From assembly GCA_030059665.1 (NCBI GenBank), contig JANVYR010000001.1, positions 672,001 through 736,000 on the forward strand: a DNA stretch of 64,000 bases. Direction: 5' to 3'. Shown piece after piece: positions 34,760 through 44,526 of the stretch (the first letter of the stretch is position 1; every line of letters begins with the position of its first letter). Both the position numbers and the translations under genes were made by a program. Below the pieces are notes generated by a model, which saw only the letters and a list, made by a program, of their open reading frames with translations, was not told where the DNA came from and did no database searches. The stretch is from Candidatus Calditenuis fumarioli (GTDB lineage Archaea > Thermoproteota > Nitrososphaeria_A > Caldarchaeales > Calditenuaceae).

Positions 34760-35236
34760 GTGTCGGCCGGTAAGGACGTCGTCATCGGTCTCCTGAGGGA
34801 GGCCAACGTCCCGTTCGAGGTCTACGAGCTCCGGGGTGATCAGGCGGCCACCGTGGAGAGCGCAGCCAGGTCCATCGGCGTCGACCCTTCCGTGATAGTG
34901 AAGAACGTGGTCTTCACCTCCGGCGACGAGGCGGTCGTGGTGCTCTGCTCCGGCGACAAATCGGTCGATCGGGCGAAGCTCTCCGCAGCGCTGGGGAAGA
35001 ACCTCCGGCTGGCCTCGAGGGACGAGGTACCGAGGCTCACCGGCTTCGTGGCAGGAGGCGTACCGCCCTTCGGTCACAGGGGCGAGGTGAAGGTCACCGT
35101 CGTTGCGGACAGATCGATCCTGAGGTTCGAGGAGGTGGTGACCTCCGCAGGCACGCCGAGCTCCCTTCTCAGGATCAGGACCGAGGACCTGCTCAAGCTC
35201 TCGAAGGCGATCGTCCTCGACGTCGCGAGGGGATAG
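34760..35236 (+). CDS. YbaK/EbsC aminoacyl-tRNA deacylase family
   Basis: IVKNVVF, TGFVAGGVPPFG, SAGTPSSLL. Confidence 0.92.
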   Translation: MSAGKDVVIGLLREANVPFEVYELRGDQAATVESAARSIGVDPSVIVKNVVFTSGDEAVVVLCSGDKSVDRAKLSAALGKNLRLASRDEVPRLTGFVAGGVPPFGHRGEVKVTVVADRSILRFEEVVTSAGTPSSLLRIRTEDLLKLSKAIVLDVARG

Positions 35237-35280
35237 CGCCGATAGCGCCGCGAAGGCCCGTCCCTCTTCGCAAATCGACC

Positions 35281-35289
35281 TTAAATTAA
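35281..35289 (+). promoter_or_regulatory. TATA box of the dehydrogenase gene
   Basis: TTAAATTAA about 32 nt upstream of the ATG at 35321. Confidence 0.5.
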
Positions 35290-35320
35290 CGGGAATGGAA
35301 CCGGGACCGAGGTCGACCTC

Positions 35321-36376
35321 ATGTCACGAAACAAGACCGTGGTTTTGATACGTGGTGACGGAACCGGACCGGAGCTGACGGAAGCCTTCCTCGCGGTGCT
35401 GGAGAAGGTGAACCCTCCGGGACTCGAGGTCCTGATCAGGGAGGGAGGTTACGACTGGTGGGTATCTGCCGGCAAGCCGAAGGTGCCCGCGTTGATGCCC
35501 GAGGAGACGTGGGAGGCGATCAGGAACAGCGACGCCTGCCTCAAGGCTCCCACCACCACCCCACCCGATCCGGAGGCTCCGAGGAGCGTGGCCGTGAGCA
35601 TCCGTCAGGCGATGGACCTCTACGCCAACATTAGGCCGATCAAGACCTTCAAGGGCCTTCCCGGGCCGCTGGGAGAGGTCGACTTCGTCTGCGTTAGGGA
35701 GGCGACGGAGGGCCTCTACATCGGCATCGAGTTCATGGTCGAGAAGGGCGTTGCTGTGGCGCTCCGCAGGATAACCGACAGGTGCTCCGAGCGGATCGCG
35801 AGGGTGGCCTTCCAGGAGGCCAGAGCGAGGGGCTACGGCAAGGTCATCGCGATCACCAAGCGGAACATCCTGAGGCTGACCGACAGCGTCTTCTTCAACG
35901 CGGTCCAGCGGGTCGCCTCCGAGTTCCCGGACATAGCCCTGGAGGAGTACTACATCGACAACATGGCCCAGCAGCTGGTGAAGAACCCCCAGCGCTTCAA
36001 CGGAACGGTGCTGCTCAGCACCAACCTCTTCATGGACGTGATCTCGGAGCTCGCGTCGGCCCTCGTCGCCAACATCGGGATGATCTACTCCGCCAACATC
36101 GGCGACAGCTACGCGATGTTCGAGCCTGCCCACGGATCCGCACCGAAGTACAAGGGGATGTACCGCGTGAACCCGACGGCCATGATCCTGTCCGGCGCCT
36201 GGATGCTGGAGTACCTTGGCTACGTCAAGGAGGGTAGGGCCATCTTCAGGGCGACCGAGGAGGTGGTGGAGGAGCGGAGGGAGGTCACGCACGACCTCGG
36301 CGGCAACGCAAGCACGCTCGACATGGCGAGGGCGATAGCGAGGAGGGCAGAGCAGATCCTCGAGAGGGGAGGTTGA
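35321..36376 (+). CDS. Isocitrate/isopropylmalate/homoisocitrate dehydrogenase family
   Basis: GDGTGPE, DLYANIRP, REATEGLY, NLFMDVISE, FEPAHGSAP. Substrate not resolved. Confidence 0.92.
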   Translation: MSRNKTVVLIRGDGTGPELTEAFLAVLEKVNPPGLEVLIREGGYDWWVSAGKPKVPALMPEETWEAIRNSDACLKAPTTTPPDPEAPRSVAVSIRQAMDLYANIRPIKTFKGLPGPLGEVDFVCVREATEGLYIGIEFMVEKGVAVALRRITDRCSERIARVAFQEARARGYGKVIAITKRNILRLTDSVFFNAVQRVASEFPDIALEEYYIDNMAQQLVKNPQRFNGTVLLSTNLFMDVISELASALVANIGMIYSANIGDSYAMFEPAHGSAPKYKGMYRVNPTAMILSGAWMLEYLGYVKEGRAIFRATEEVVEERREVTHDLGGNASTLDMARAIARRAEQILERGG

Positions 36377-36379
36377 GGG

Positions 36380-36916
36380 TCAGAGGAGGGCCAGCAACCT
36401 CTCCAGCAGGCCGTCGGCCTCGAGCTCCGTGATCCAGTCTACCTCCTCCGAACGGATCTCTCCCCGAAGGGCCCTCAGCACGAGGTCCGCCACCTCCTCT
36501 ACCGTCCTGCCCGAGACCCTGATCTGGACCGTTCTCCGGGGGCCGTAGATCTCCAGCGTCCTGACGTAGACCAAGTCTATCAGCTCGGCCTCGACGTTCT
36601 GCCTCACCTTCTCCCTGTCGTAACCTCTGGACCTCAGGACCTCCACCAGCTCGATCGGGTTCCTCCTCAGCACCACCACCCTCCTCGGGATCAGGCCCCT
36701 CGGCTTGAAGGGGACGTGCGAGACGACCACCCCGCCCCCTCTCCTCAGTAGGGCTCCGGCCCTCGCGGAGACGGCCCTCATGTCGGCCTCCTCTCCGCCT
36801 GCGAGCTCCGCCAGCTCGATCAGCCTCAACCCTAGCCTCTCGGCCACGATCCTTCCCACCTCGGACTTCCCGACGCCCGGTGTGCCGAAGATCAGCACCG
36901 CCCTCACGACGGTCAA
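36380..36916 (-). CDS. AK6/Fap7-type adenylate kinase
   Basis: GTPGVGKS, SH, LRSRGYDREKVRQNVEAE motifs. Start reassigned to the TTG at 36916. Confidence 0.88.
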   Translation of the reverse strand: MTVVRAVLIFGTPGVGKSEVGRIVAERLGLRLIELAELAGGEEADMRAVSARAGALLRRGGGVVVSHVPFKPRGLIPRRVVVLRRNPIELVEVLRSRGYDREKVRQNVEAELIDLVYVRTLEIYGPRRTVQIRVSGRTVEEVADLVLRALRGEIRSEEVDWITELEADGLLERLLALL

Positions 36917-36925
36917 ATTTTTTGC

Positions 36926-37468
36926 ATGCCCTCTCAAAGCGTTCACGGTTTGGGTAGGAGGCGGCTGAGGATAGTAGCGGAGGGGTCGCTGAGGGAGGAG
37001 GCCCTTGAGGGCTCCGATGCGGTCCGGGAGGCCCTTCCGGTGGAGCCGGAGGTGGTCGTCGCGGACCTCACAGAGCGGGTCAGCAGTTCCAGGAACAGGA
37101 TGAGGGGTCAGGTGAACGCGGTGAGGTTCCTCGAATCGATCGGCACCGATCCGCGCAGGGAGGAGCTGGTGCTCCTGCTGATATCCGACGACATCTACAT
37201 CGACGGCTTCAACTTCTGCTTCGGGCTGGCATACGGTAAATCCGCGGTCGTCTCGGTCTACCGCCTCAGGTCACGGGACCGGCAGCTCTACCTGAGAAGG
37301 GTGAGGAAGGAGGTGGTCCACGAGGTGGGCCACATGCTGGGCCTCAAACACTGCAGGGACAGTAGCTGCGTCATGTTCTTCAGCAACTCGATCGAGGACA
37401 CGGACCGCAAAGGTGAGACCCTATGCCAGAGGTGCGCTGCGACTTTGCAGAGGATCGCCGTCAGCTGA
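36926..37468 (+). CDS. amzA: Archaemetzincin Zn protease
   Basis: HEVGHMLGLKHC...CVMFFSNS...D.K...C..C. Confidence 0.92.
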   Translation: MPSQSVHGLGRRRLRIVAEGSLREEALEGSDAVREALPVEPEVVVADLTERVSSSRNRMRGQVNAVRFLESIGTDPRREELVLLLISDDIYIDGFNFCFGLAYGKSAVVSVYRLRSRDRQLYLRRVRKEVVHEVGHMLGLKHCRDSSCVMFFSNSIEDTDRKGETLCQRCAATLQRIAVS

Positions 37469-37553
37469 ACCGCAGTTCCTCCCGGTCTGAGCCCTCGGTG
37501 ACCCGAGGCCCAGCGCTCCCGGATCGGGCTCCGGTGGACGTCAGTAGGCCCCC

Positions 37554-37991
37554 TCACTCCTCCCTCGCTTCCCTCTGCTCCCTCCCCTGCGTCTGGGCGA
37601 GCGCAGCACCCGAGGATATCAGGCCCTCTACGTACTCCCGGGTGATCACCTTCGACTCCAGCAGGTTCACAATGGAGTTGAGCGAGGCTATGCCCGTCAG
37701 CCTGCCGAGGGTTCCGGTGATCTGCCGCCACCTCAGCCTGGTGTTGCCGCTCCTAGAGTTGTAGATCACGCCCAGGACGTCGATCGCCTTCACGAAGGTT
37801 ATGTCCCTGATCTGGGCCAGCTCGATCTTCGCCGCGGCCTCCAGGTAGATCTGTCCCCTCTCCGCCGGTCGCTCAGGGAAGATCGTCGGGTCCCTCAGGT
37901 ACCCCTTCGGTATGAAGGAGAGGCAGGTGTTGTAGATCATGAAGCGCCTGAACCTCTCCAGCGGCGTCCTGACGTCGATCTGCACGCTCAT
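37554..37991 (-). CDS. Conserved hypothetical protein (145 aa)
   Basis: Clean ORF with host codon usage and a TATA-like ATAAATAT about 28 nt upstream. Confidence 0.75.
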   Translation of the reverse strand: MSVQIDVRTPLERFRRFMIYNTCLSFIPKGYLRDPTIFPERPAERGQIYLEAAAKIELAQIRDITFVKAIDVLGVIYNSRSGNTRLRWRQITGTLGRLTGIASLNSIVNLLESKVITREYVEGLISSGAALAQTQGREQREAREE

Positions 37992-38102
37992 GCTTCCCGC
38001 ATGTCATGACGTCCTCGGAATATTTATGTGGTTAAGGTAACAGGAGCCGCGTTCGGCCGTCCCGAGTGGAACCGTAGAATACCGGCAGGTCGGAGCAGGA
38101 GC

Positions 38103-39536
38103 GTGGCTTTCAGGAAGGGAAGGCTCGAGGGCGAGGTGCCTGAGAGGGTAGCGCGGTACATCTCATCGCTCGAGGAGGACGAGGAGATACTGGATGAGGT
38201 CCTTGCGGTGAACGCAGCCCACCTGAGGTCCCTGCGGAGGATGGGCCTGATCAGCGACGATGTCCTGGAGAGGGCGCTCGGCGCGCTGAGGGGGTTCCCG
38301 AGGGAGGCGCTGAGGACCGCGGACCCGAGGCTCGAGGACGTCCACATGGTGGTGGAGGAGCACCTGAGGTCGGAGGTACCAGAGGCCGGGGAGAACCTGG
38401 CGCTCGGGAAGAGCAGGAACGACGCCGTCTCCGCCGCGATCAGGATGAGGGTTCGCCGTTTCATCGCCGAGCTCGTCCTCTCGGGCACCGGCCTCGCGGA
38501 GGCGCTGCTCTCCAAGGCGGAGGAATACGCTGAGACCCTCTTCCCCCTCCACACGCACGAGCAGCCTGCCGCTCCGGGGACCCTCGGGTTCGTGCTGAGC
38601 TGCCACGCATCCCGCCTCCTGAAGGCCCTTCGGGCGCTGGCCTCGGCGTACGGAGAGGTTAACGCGTCGCCTCTCGGCGCCGGACCGGTTGGCGGGACCT
38701 CCGTGCCCCATGACCGGCTGGCCATTGCCGAGGACCTCGGTTTCGACGGCGTCGTCCTGAACGCCCTGGAGGCTAGCTCCTCGAGGGACTTCGCGCTTGC
38801 CTTCCTCTGCGGCCTCCTCAGGGTTTCGCTCGTCCTCACAGACCTCGCGGAGGAGCTCGTGAGGTACGTCTCGCAGAACCCTCCGTTGCTGGACTTCGAC
38901 GACGCCTTCTTCTCGACCAGCAGCATCATGCCCCACAAGAGGAACCCGGTCGTCGCGGAGGTTGCCAGGACCTCGCTCTCAAGGGTGCTCGGGGAGCTGG
39001 TGAGGTTCTCGGTCAACGTCTCGAGGAGGTTCGGTGGTTACGTGCTGGACCTCCAGGAGTCGACGGAGCCCCTCTGGAGGGCGGCGCGGTGGACGCTCGA
39101 GACGCTCGAGGCGATGGCGGAGATGGTGCGGACGCTGAGGCCGGGTCCGGGCGCTGGCACCTCGATCGATCCGAAGACCGGGTTGACCGAGTACGCTGCC
39201 TGGCTCACCCTCACCGGCAGGCTAACCTTCAGGAGGGCCCACCTGCTCTGCGGCAGAATCGCCTCGATGCTCCACTCGGGTGCCTCGCTCGAGTCCGTGG
39301 AGGCCTACCTGACGGAGAGCGGGCTAGATCGGGAGGCGGTCGCCAAGCTGAGGGAGTTCCTAGAGCCGAGGCGCGTTATCGGGACCTACGCCGTCATCGG
39401 GTCGTCGAGGCCCGACGAGGTCAGGAGATCGATAGGCGAACTCGTTCGGGAGTGCGGCGAGCTGAAGGCATGGGCCACCGATCGCCTGAGATTCGAAGAG
39501 GAGCGCAGGGCCAGGGTCCTCGGAGGCGTCAGGTAG
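38103..39536 (+). CDS. argH: Argininosuccinate lyase
   Basis: EDVH, GKSRND, SPLGAG and STSSIMPHKRNP motifs. GTG start at 38103 after AGGAG. Confidence 0.9.
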   Translation: MAFRKGRLEGEVPERVARYISSLEEDEEILDEVLAVNAAHLRSLRRMGLISDDVLERALGALRGFPREALRTADPRLEDVHMVVEEHLRSEVPEAGENLALGKSRNDAVSAAIRMRVRRFIAELVLSGTGLAEALLSKAEEYAETLFPLHTHEQPAAPGTLGFVLSCHASRLLKALRALASAYGEVNASPLGAGPVGGTSVPHDRLAIAEDLGFDGVVLNALEASSSRDFALAFLCGLLRVSLVLTDLAEELVRYVSQNPPLLDFDDAFFSTSSIMPHKRNPVVAEVARTSLSRVLGELVRFSVNVSRRFGGYVLDLQESTEPLWRAARWTLETLEAMAEMVRTLRPGPGAGTSIDPKTGLTEYAAWLTLTGRLTFRRAHLLCGRIASMLHSGASLESVEAYLTESGLDREAVAKLREFLEPRRVIGTYAVIGSSRPDEVRRSIGELVRECGELKAWATDRLRFEEERRARVLGGVR

Positions 39537-40587
39537 CCCTTCTCCCCATCGACTGTAGCTCCTCCACGGCGCCGATGTAGACCGAGCACGCGGTCCTCAG
39601 ATCGTCCACGCTCACCTCCTCCTCGTTGGTGTGCGCGAGGAGCGAGTTGCCCGGGCCGCAGGCGGCTATGCTCCTAGTCAGCTTCCAGAGTACGTTCATG
39701 TCGCTGCTACCTGTCTTCTTCACGACCCTCGGCCTCTTGCCCGTCTTCAGGATCGCCCTGATCAGCGCCCTCGGAACCGGCTGCGAGAGGCTGGTCTCGA
39801 AGGGCTCGGTCACGTCCCTGATGGAGAACGAGCAGTTGTAGAGGGAGCAGACCGTCTCGATCCTCTCGATCACGGACCTGGTCTCGACGGACGGAGGGAA
39901 CCTCACGTTCACCACGGCCTCCGCTCGCTCCGGGAGCTTCGTGGGCCAGTCGCCGGCCGAGATCATAGTGACCGCAGATGTGGGCTCGTCGTAGCTCCTA
40001 CCGTTGAAGATGGACCTGAGCGTGTTGATCGCGTCCAAGAGCCTCTCCAGCGCCGACTCCCCCATGTAGGGGGCTGAGCTGTGCCCTCCCCTCGCGGTGG
40101 CGTAGATTGTGAAGGTCAGGCTGCCCCTGTAGCTGATCGCAACGCCCGTGGTTCCCGTCGGCTCCCCGATCACTATGTGGTCTGCCTTGAAGCCCGACTC
40201 GAGCAGCTCCTTCGCGCCGGAACCCTCGCCCTCCTCGTCGACGAGACCACCGACCACGAGTTTGTAGCCCTGACCTATGCGTGCCTTCGACCCGGCGAAG
40301 AGCATGGCAGCGAACGGCCCCTTCGCATCGACAGCACCCCTTCCCCTGATGACGTCGCCCCTCCTCACGGCCTCGATCTCACCGGGTATCGTGTCGACGT
40401 GTCCGGCCAGCAGTATCACTCGGTCACCGCTGCCACGGGAGAAGAGGTAGTTCCCCGCGGAGTCGATCGTCAGCTCGTCGTACCCGAGTTCTTGCCTCAG
40501 GCGCCTCATCACCGGCTCCAGGTTCGACTCCGAACCGCTCGGCGAGTAAACCCTCAGCAGCTCCAGCAGGACGTCAGCTACGTCCAC
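39529..40587 (-). CDS. lysK: [LysW]-lysine/ornithine hydrolase (M20, LysK/ArgE)
   Basis: YSPSGSE, GHVDT, GRGAVDAKG, DEE, IGEP, GSSDMN, AHTNEE. Confidence 0.88.
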   Translation of the reverse strand: MDVADVLLELLRVYSPSGSESNLEPVMRRLRQELGYDELTIDSAGNYLFSRGSGDRVILLAGHVDTIPGEIEAVRRGDVIRGRGAVDAKGPFAAMLFAGSKARIGQGYKLVVGGLVDEEGEGSGAKELLESGFKADHIVIGEPTGTTGVAISYRGSLTFTIYATARGGHSSAPYMGESALERLLDAINTLRSIFNGRSYDEPTSAVTMISAGDWPTKLPERAEAVVNVRFPPSVETRSVIERIETVCSLYNCSFSIRDVTEPFETSLSQPVPRALIRAILKTGKRPRVVKKTGSSDMNVLWKLTRSIAACGPGNSLLAHTNEEEVSVDDLRTACSVYIGAVEELQSMGRRAT

Positions 40588-40617
40588 GCCATGAGACCAA
40601 ACCCGCCATCAAATGAA

Positions 40618-41130
40618 TCATCGCTCGTTCCCGGAATCGGCCACCGCAACTCTTCCGGAGGAGAGCGCCAGCTCCAAGGCCCTCCTGAGGGTCGACTCGA
40701 TCCGCCTCCAGTGGCTCCCCTCCCAGTACCGCTGGCCGCAGGCGACGCACTCCCAGAGGTTCTCGGCTTTCGGCACCAGCTCGCCGTTGCAGAGCGAGCA
40801 CCTGGTGGCCTCGGGCTCGAGGAAGCTCCTCGGATCGATCCCCTCATGCGCTGAGACGTAGAGGGCCACGCGGGCCAGCTGCACCTCCACCCCCTCCAGA
40901 GGCAGGAGCACCGACCTGAGGTTCCTCTTCAGCGCTGCCCTGTGGAGCTCCACGTCCGAGGTCAGGAGGACCCTGCCTGTGCGGGAGGCGAAATCGAGCA
41001 GGCCCTCGTCGTCACTGCTCCAGTAAACCGTGTCGTATCCGAGGATGCGTAGCCATCGGGCGAGCTTTCCGTGCATCGAGTCCGCAACGAACCTCGGCTC
41101 ACTCCGTTGGCCTTCCGCGTTCGAGCTCAA
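40618..41130 (-). CDS. Mut7-C RNase (PIN-like + Zn ribbon, DUF82)
   Basis: RFVADSMHGKLARWLRILGYD, LLTSD, RCSLCNG, CVACGQRYWEGSH. Confidence 0.92.
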   Translation of the reverse strand: MSSNAEGQRSEPRFVADSMHGKLARWLRILGYDTVYWSSDDEGLLDFASRTGRVLLTSDVELHRAALKRNLRSVLLPLEGVEVQLARVALYVSAHEGIDPRSFLEPEATRCSLCNGELVPKAENLWECVACGQRYWEGSHWRRIESTLRRALELALSSGRVAVADSGNER

Positions 41131-41677
41131 GGCGGCACTCCTCGCAGAGGAGCTGGTCGTCGACGCGCCGGAGCATGTCGCTCCACTCTCCGCAGGAGTC
41201 GCAGTACCCCTCGAAGTAGGGCTCCTGGGTCCTGAGGGTGATGCCTCCGATCCTGACCTGCTCCTTTACGATCTCCATGATGTCCGGTGTGAACTTCAGC
41301 ACGTCCTTCATACTCAGGATCCCCGCAACCCTTCCCCTGTATGTCACCACCAGCCTGCTGACGTTCAGCTTCGACATCAGCCTCACCGCCTCCTCCAGCG
41401 GCTCGTCGGGCCCGACGGTGATCAGCGGCGACGACATGATCTCGGAGAGCCTGACCTCGCTCGGCCTCCGGTCCCGAGCCACTACCTTCTCGACCAGGTC
41501 CCGCTTGGTCACGATCCCCACCGGTTCCTTGTTCCGGGTGACAAGGACGCTGCTGATCCGGTAACGGGCCATCTGCTCCGCTGCGTCCTTTGCGGTCGCC
41601 GACTCCTCGAGGTCTATCACGGGGCTGGTCATCAGGTCCCTCACCAGTATCTCCCTCGTCAGGAACCCCTCCCTCAA
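41099..41677 (-). CDS. CBS-domain protein with C-terminal Zn ribbon
   Basis: Tandem CBS motifs plus CDSCG...LLCEEC. Confidence 0.9.
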   Translation of the reverse strand: MREGFLTREILVRDLMTSPVIDLEESATAKDAAEQMARYRISSVLVTRNKEPVGIVTKRDLVEKVVARDRRPSEVRLSEIMSSPLITVGPDEPLEEAVRLMSKLNVSRLVVTYRGRVAGILSMKDVLKFTPDIMEIVKEQVRIGGITLRTQEPYFEGYCDSCGEWSDMLRRVDDQLLCEECRLELERGRPTE

Positions 41678-41810
41678 GCCGAGCAGAGTCGTTCCCTTGG
41701 AGCTTTAAGCGTTGGCTTTGAACTCCTCGAGGACCGATGAGGTGTTTCCTCGCCGATCTCCCATTCTACGGGTCAACGTTATTCAACCCGCTCGCCTTCC
41801 GGATGAGAGG

Positions 41811-42452
41811 ATGGGCTGGGAGGAGCTGATACCCCTGATAGTGGTGGTCTCGGCCAGCGGCGTTTTATCGCCGGGGCCGCTCTTCGTGGTCACGGTCGCC
41901 TCGAGCATCAGGAACGGGCCCTGGACCGGCCTCAAGACCTCGACGGGCCACGCGCTGGTGGAGTTCCCCCTGGTGATGGTCATCGCCGCGGGCCTCTCGA
42001 CCGTGCTCGGCGACCCGACGGTCCATCTCTTCATCGGAATCCTGGGAGGAGGAGCGCTGGTGGCATTCGGGCTGCTCGGAACCTTCTCGGCGATCCGCTG
42101 GCGGAGCGAAGAACCCGGGACACGGGACCCCTACGGCCTCAGACACGGACCGCTTCTGGCGGGAGCGCTCTTCACCGGCCTGAACCCCTTCTTCATCGCC
42201 TGGTGGCTCACCGTCGGCGCCTCCCTGATCGCCCGGGCCCTCGAACTTGCCTCGTACACCGGCGCGATGATCCTCTTCGCCTCCCACATATGGATGGACT
42301 ACGCCTGGCTGACCCTCGTCGGGTTCGCCGCCTACCGGGGGCTCTCTCTGACGGGTCACAAAGCCTTGAGGTACGTCGAGCTGGCTCTTTCGATCGTCCT
42401 AGTTCTCCTCGGCCTCTGGCTGGCCTACGGAACCCTCACGGGGACGCACTGA
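41811..42452 (+). CDS. LysE-family translocator
   Basis: LSPGP, GHALVE and LNPFFIAWW motifs. Start reassigned to the ATG at 41811. Confidence 0.9.
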   Translation: MGWEELIPLIVVVSASGVLSPGPLFVVTVASSIRNGPWTGLKTSTGHALVEFPLVMVIAAGLSTVLGDPTVHLFIGILGGGALVAFGLLGTFSAIRWRSEEPGTRDPYGLRHGPLLAGALFTGLNPFFIAWWLTVGASLIARALELASYTGAMILFASHIWMDYAWLTLVGFAAYRGLSLTGHKALRYVELALSIVLVLLGLWLAYGTLTGTH

Positions 42453-42549
42453 CCCGGGCAGTTCCGGACGTTCTAGGCGCGGTTCCACCCGACGAACGTC
42501 GAATTCCGGAGATTCCGCTTCCCCGGAACTCATCAATCTCTAATACCGC

Positions 42550-43737
42550 GTGGACCGAGTTAGGCCGCAGTTGGAGGGGTCCGGGGGCAGCAGGACGCTG
42601 ATACTGGTGGTGGACGAGGACGACGACATCGGCAGGAAGACCGGGTGGAAGACGCCCATCCTCGGGAGGGACAAGAACTTCCTCGCGGCCAAGGACCTCC
42701 TCCTCTCGGACCCCGAGGAGGCCGACGCGAACGCCATGTTCGCGGCCGTGAAACTGTACGACGAGCTCTCCAAGTCCTCGGATGGGCCCTGCGAGCTCGC
42801 GACGGTCGCCGGGAAGCCTGGAGGCGGTCTCGACTCGGACAGGAAGCTGGCCCAGGAGATAGACGAGGTCCTCTCGGAGTTCCCAGCGGACCAGTGCATA
42901 GTCATCACCGACGGGCCCCTGACGGACTCGGTCAACGCGATCATCACCTCCAGGGTCAAGGTGCTCTCGGTCAGGAAGCTCGTGGTCAAGCAGAGCCCCT
43001 CGATCGAGACGACGTGGATCCTGCTGGGCAAGTACCTCAGAACCGCCCTCTTCGAGTTCGAGTACTCCAGGGTCATCCTCGGCATTCCCGGAGCCCTCGC
43101 CATCATCATAGGCCTCCTGCTCCAGTACAACCTCCTCTCGCCTCCGATACTGCTGGTGCTTTTCGGTGCGGTCCTCGCTGTCAGGGGATTCGGGATCGAC
43201 ACGGCCGTCGTCTCGTTCTTCCGGAGGGTCTGGACGATACCCTACCGTCCCGCTCTGACGCAGCTCAGGATCTATGTCGGCTTCTCCTCGGCCCTGCTGA
43301 TGGTGGCCGCAATCTTCGCAGGCATCAACGGCATCACGGCCTTCGTCTCCGCCAACTTCCCCAACGCGCCCCCGTTCCCTGAGGACCCAGCCTTCTGGAT
43401 CCAGAGAGCGGGCCCGCTGGCCGGAGCCTTCCTCCTCAGCTCGGTAGACCTCGTGATCGTCGCCGCATCGATATCGCTCGCCTACGACCTGTTCTACCAG
43501 CTCTACCTGAGGAGCGTCCGCGTGGTCAGGTCGGCCCAGGCGATAGCGCTCGCGATCTTCCTCTGGGCCCTGTTCAGGTCTCTCGGTTCCTACCTCGTCA
43601 GGGGAGAGGAGATCTACCTGACCCAGATGGTCCTGATAGCCGTCATGGGGGTCGCCTCGCTCGCCACCATCTACGTGCTCCTGCTCAGCGTCGGGCTTCC
43701 CGTGCTTCGTCTGAGGTCGCGGGGTGAGGCGGAGTGA
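42550..43737 (+). CDS. DUF373-family membrane protein
   Basis: LVVDEDDDIGRK, DPEEADANAMF, DG..D, VKQSPSIE followed by TM helices. Confidence 0.88.
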   Translation: MDRVRPQLEGSGGSRTLILVVDEDDDIGRKTGWKTPILGRDKNFLAAKDLLLSDPEEADANAMFAAVKLYDELSKSSDGPCELATVAGKPGGGLDSDRKLAQEIDEVLSEFPADQCIVITDGPLTDSVNAIITSRVKVLSVRKLVVKQSPSIETTWILLGKYLRTALFEFEYSRVILGIPGALAIIIGLLLQYNLLSPPILLVLFGAVLAVRGFGIDTAVVSFFRRVWTIPYRPALTQLRIYVGFSSALLMVAAIFAGINGITAFVSANFPNAPPFPEDPAFWIQRAGPLAGAFLLSSVDLVIVAASISLAYDLFYQLYLRSVRVVRSAQAIALAIFLWALFRSLGSYLVRGEEIYLTQMVLIAVMGVASLATIYVLLLSVGLPVLRLRSRGEAE

Positions 43738-44519
43738 TCAGGGGCCTGCTCAGGGCTCTGGGAGCCTACGCGATTTACGAGCGGTGGCTGCTGGAGACGG
43801 TGAGGAGGGGGCCGATGCCGAGGCACGTGGCCGTGATCCTCGACGGCAACAGGCGCTGGGCCAGGTCCAACGGCCTCCCGCTCGAGGAGGGGTACAGGAT
43901 CGGCGCGAGGAAGGTCGAGGCATTGCTCCGTTGGTGCCTCGACCTGGGGATAACCGCGGTCACCCTCTACGTCCTCTCGTTGGAGAACCTGAGCAGGCGC
44001 CCCCGAGAGGAGATCGAGGCCATCTACAGGGTGCTGATAGAGTCGACCGAGCGTTTCCTCTCGGACCCGGAGGTGAGGAGGAGGAAAGTGAGGGTGAAGG
44101 TGATCGGCAGGACCTGGCTGCTCCCGGATAACGTGAGGGAGGCCCTGGAGAGGCTGGTGGCCGAGACGGCGGATCACGACTCCCACTTTCTGACGCTGGC
44201 CGTCGCATACGGAGGGAGGGACGAGATCGTGCAGGCCGTGAGGAGGCTGGTGAGCGACGTCGTATCGGGAGAGGTGCCGCCTGAGGCGATCGACGAGCAC
44301 GTCTTCAGCAGGTACCTTTACACCGCAGACCTTCCCTTCCCGGAACCTGACCTGGTCATCAGGACCTCTGGGGAGGAGCGGATAAGCAACTTCCTCCTCT
44401 GGCAGATCGCGTATAGCGAGCTGGTCTTCCTCGACGTCTACTGGCCCGACTTCAGGAGGATAGACCTCCTCAGGGCCATCAGGACCTATCAGGCGAGGGA
44501 GAGGAGGTTCGGGGCGTGA
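43734..44519 (+). CDS. uppS: cis-prenyltransferase (polyprenyl diphosphate synthase)
   Basis: PRHVAVILDGNRRWA, LSLENLSR, IRTSGEERISNFLLWQ. Confidence 0.95.
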   Translation: MIRGLLRALGAYAIYERWLLETVRRGPMPRHVAVILDGNRRWARSNGLPLEEGYRIGARKVEALLRWCLDLGITAVTLYVLSLENLSRRPREEIEAIYRVLIESTERFLSDPEVRRRKVRVKVIGRTWLLPDNVREALERLVAETADHDSHFLTLAVAYGGRDEIVQAVRRLVSDVVSGEVPPEAIDEHVFSRYLYTADLPFPEPDLVIRTSGEERISNFLLWQIAYSELVFLDVYWPDFRRIDLLRAIRTYQARERRFGA

Positions 44520-44526
44520 AAGGGGC

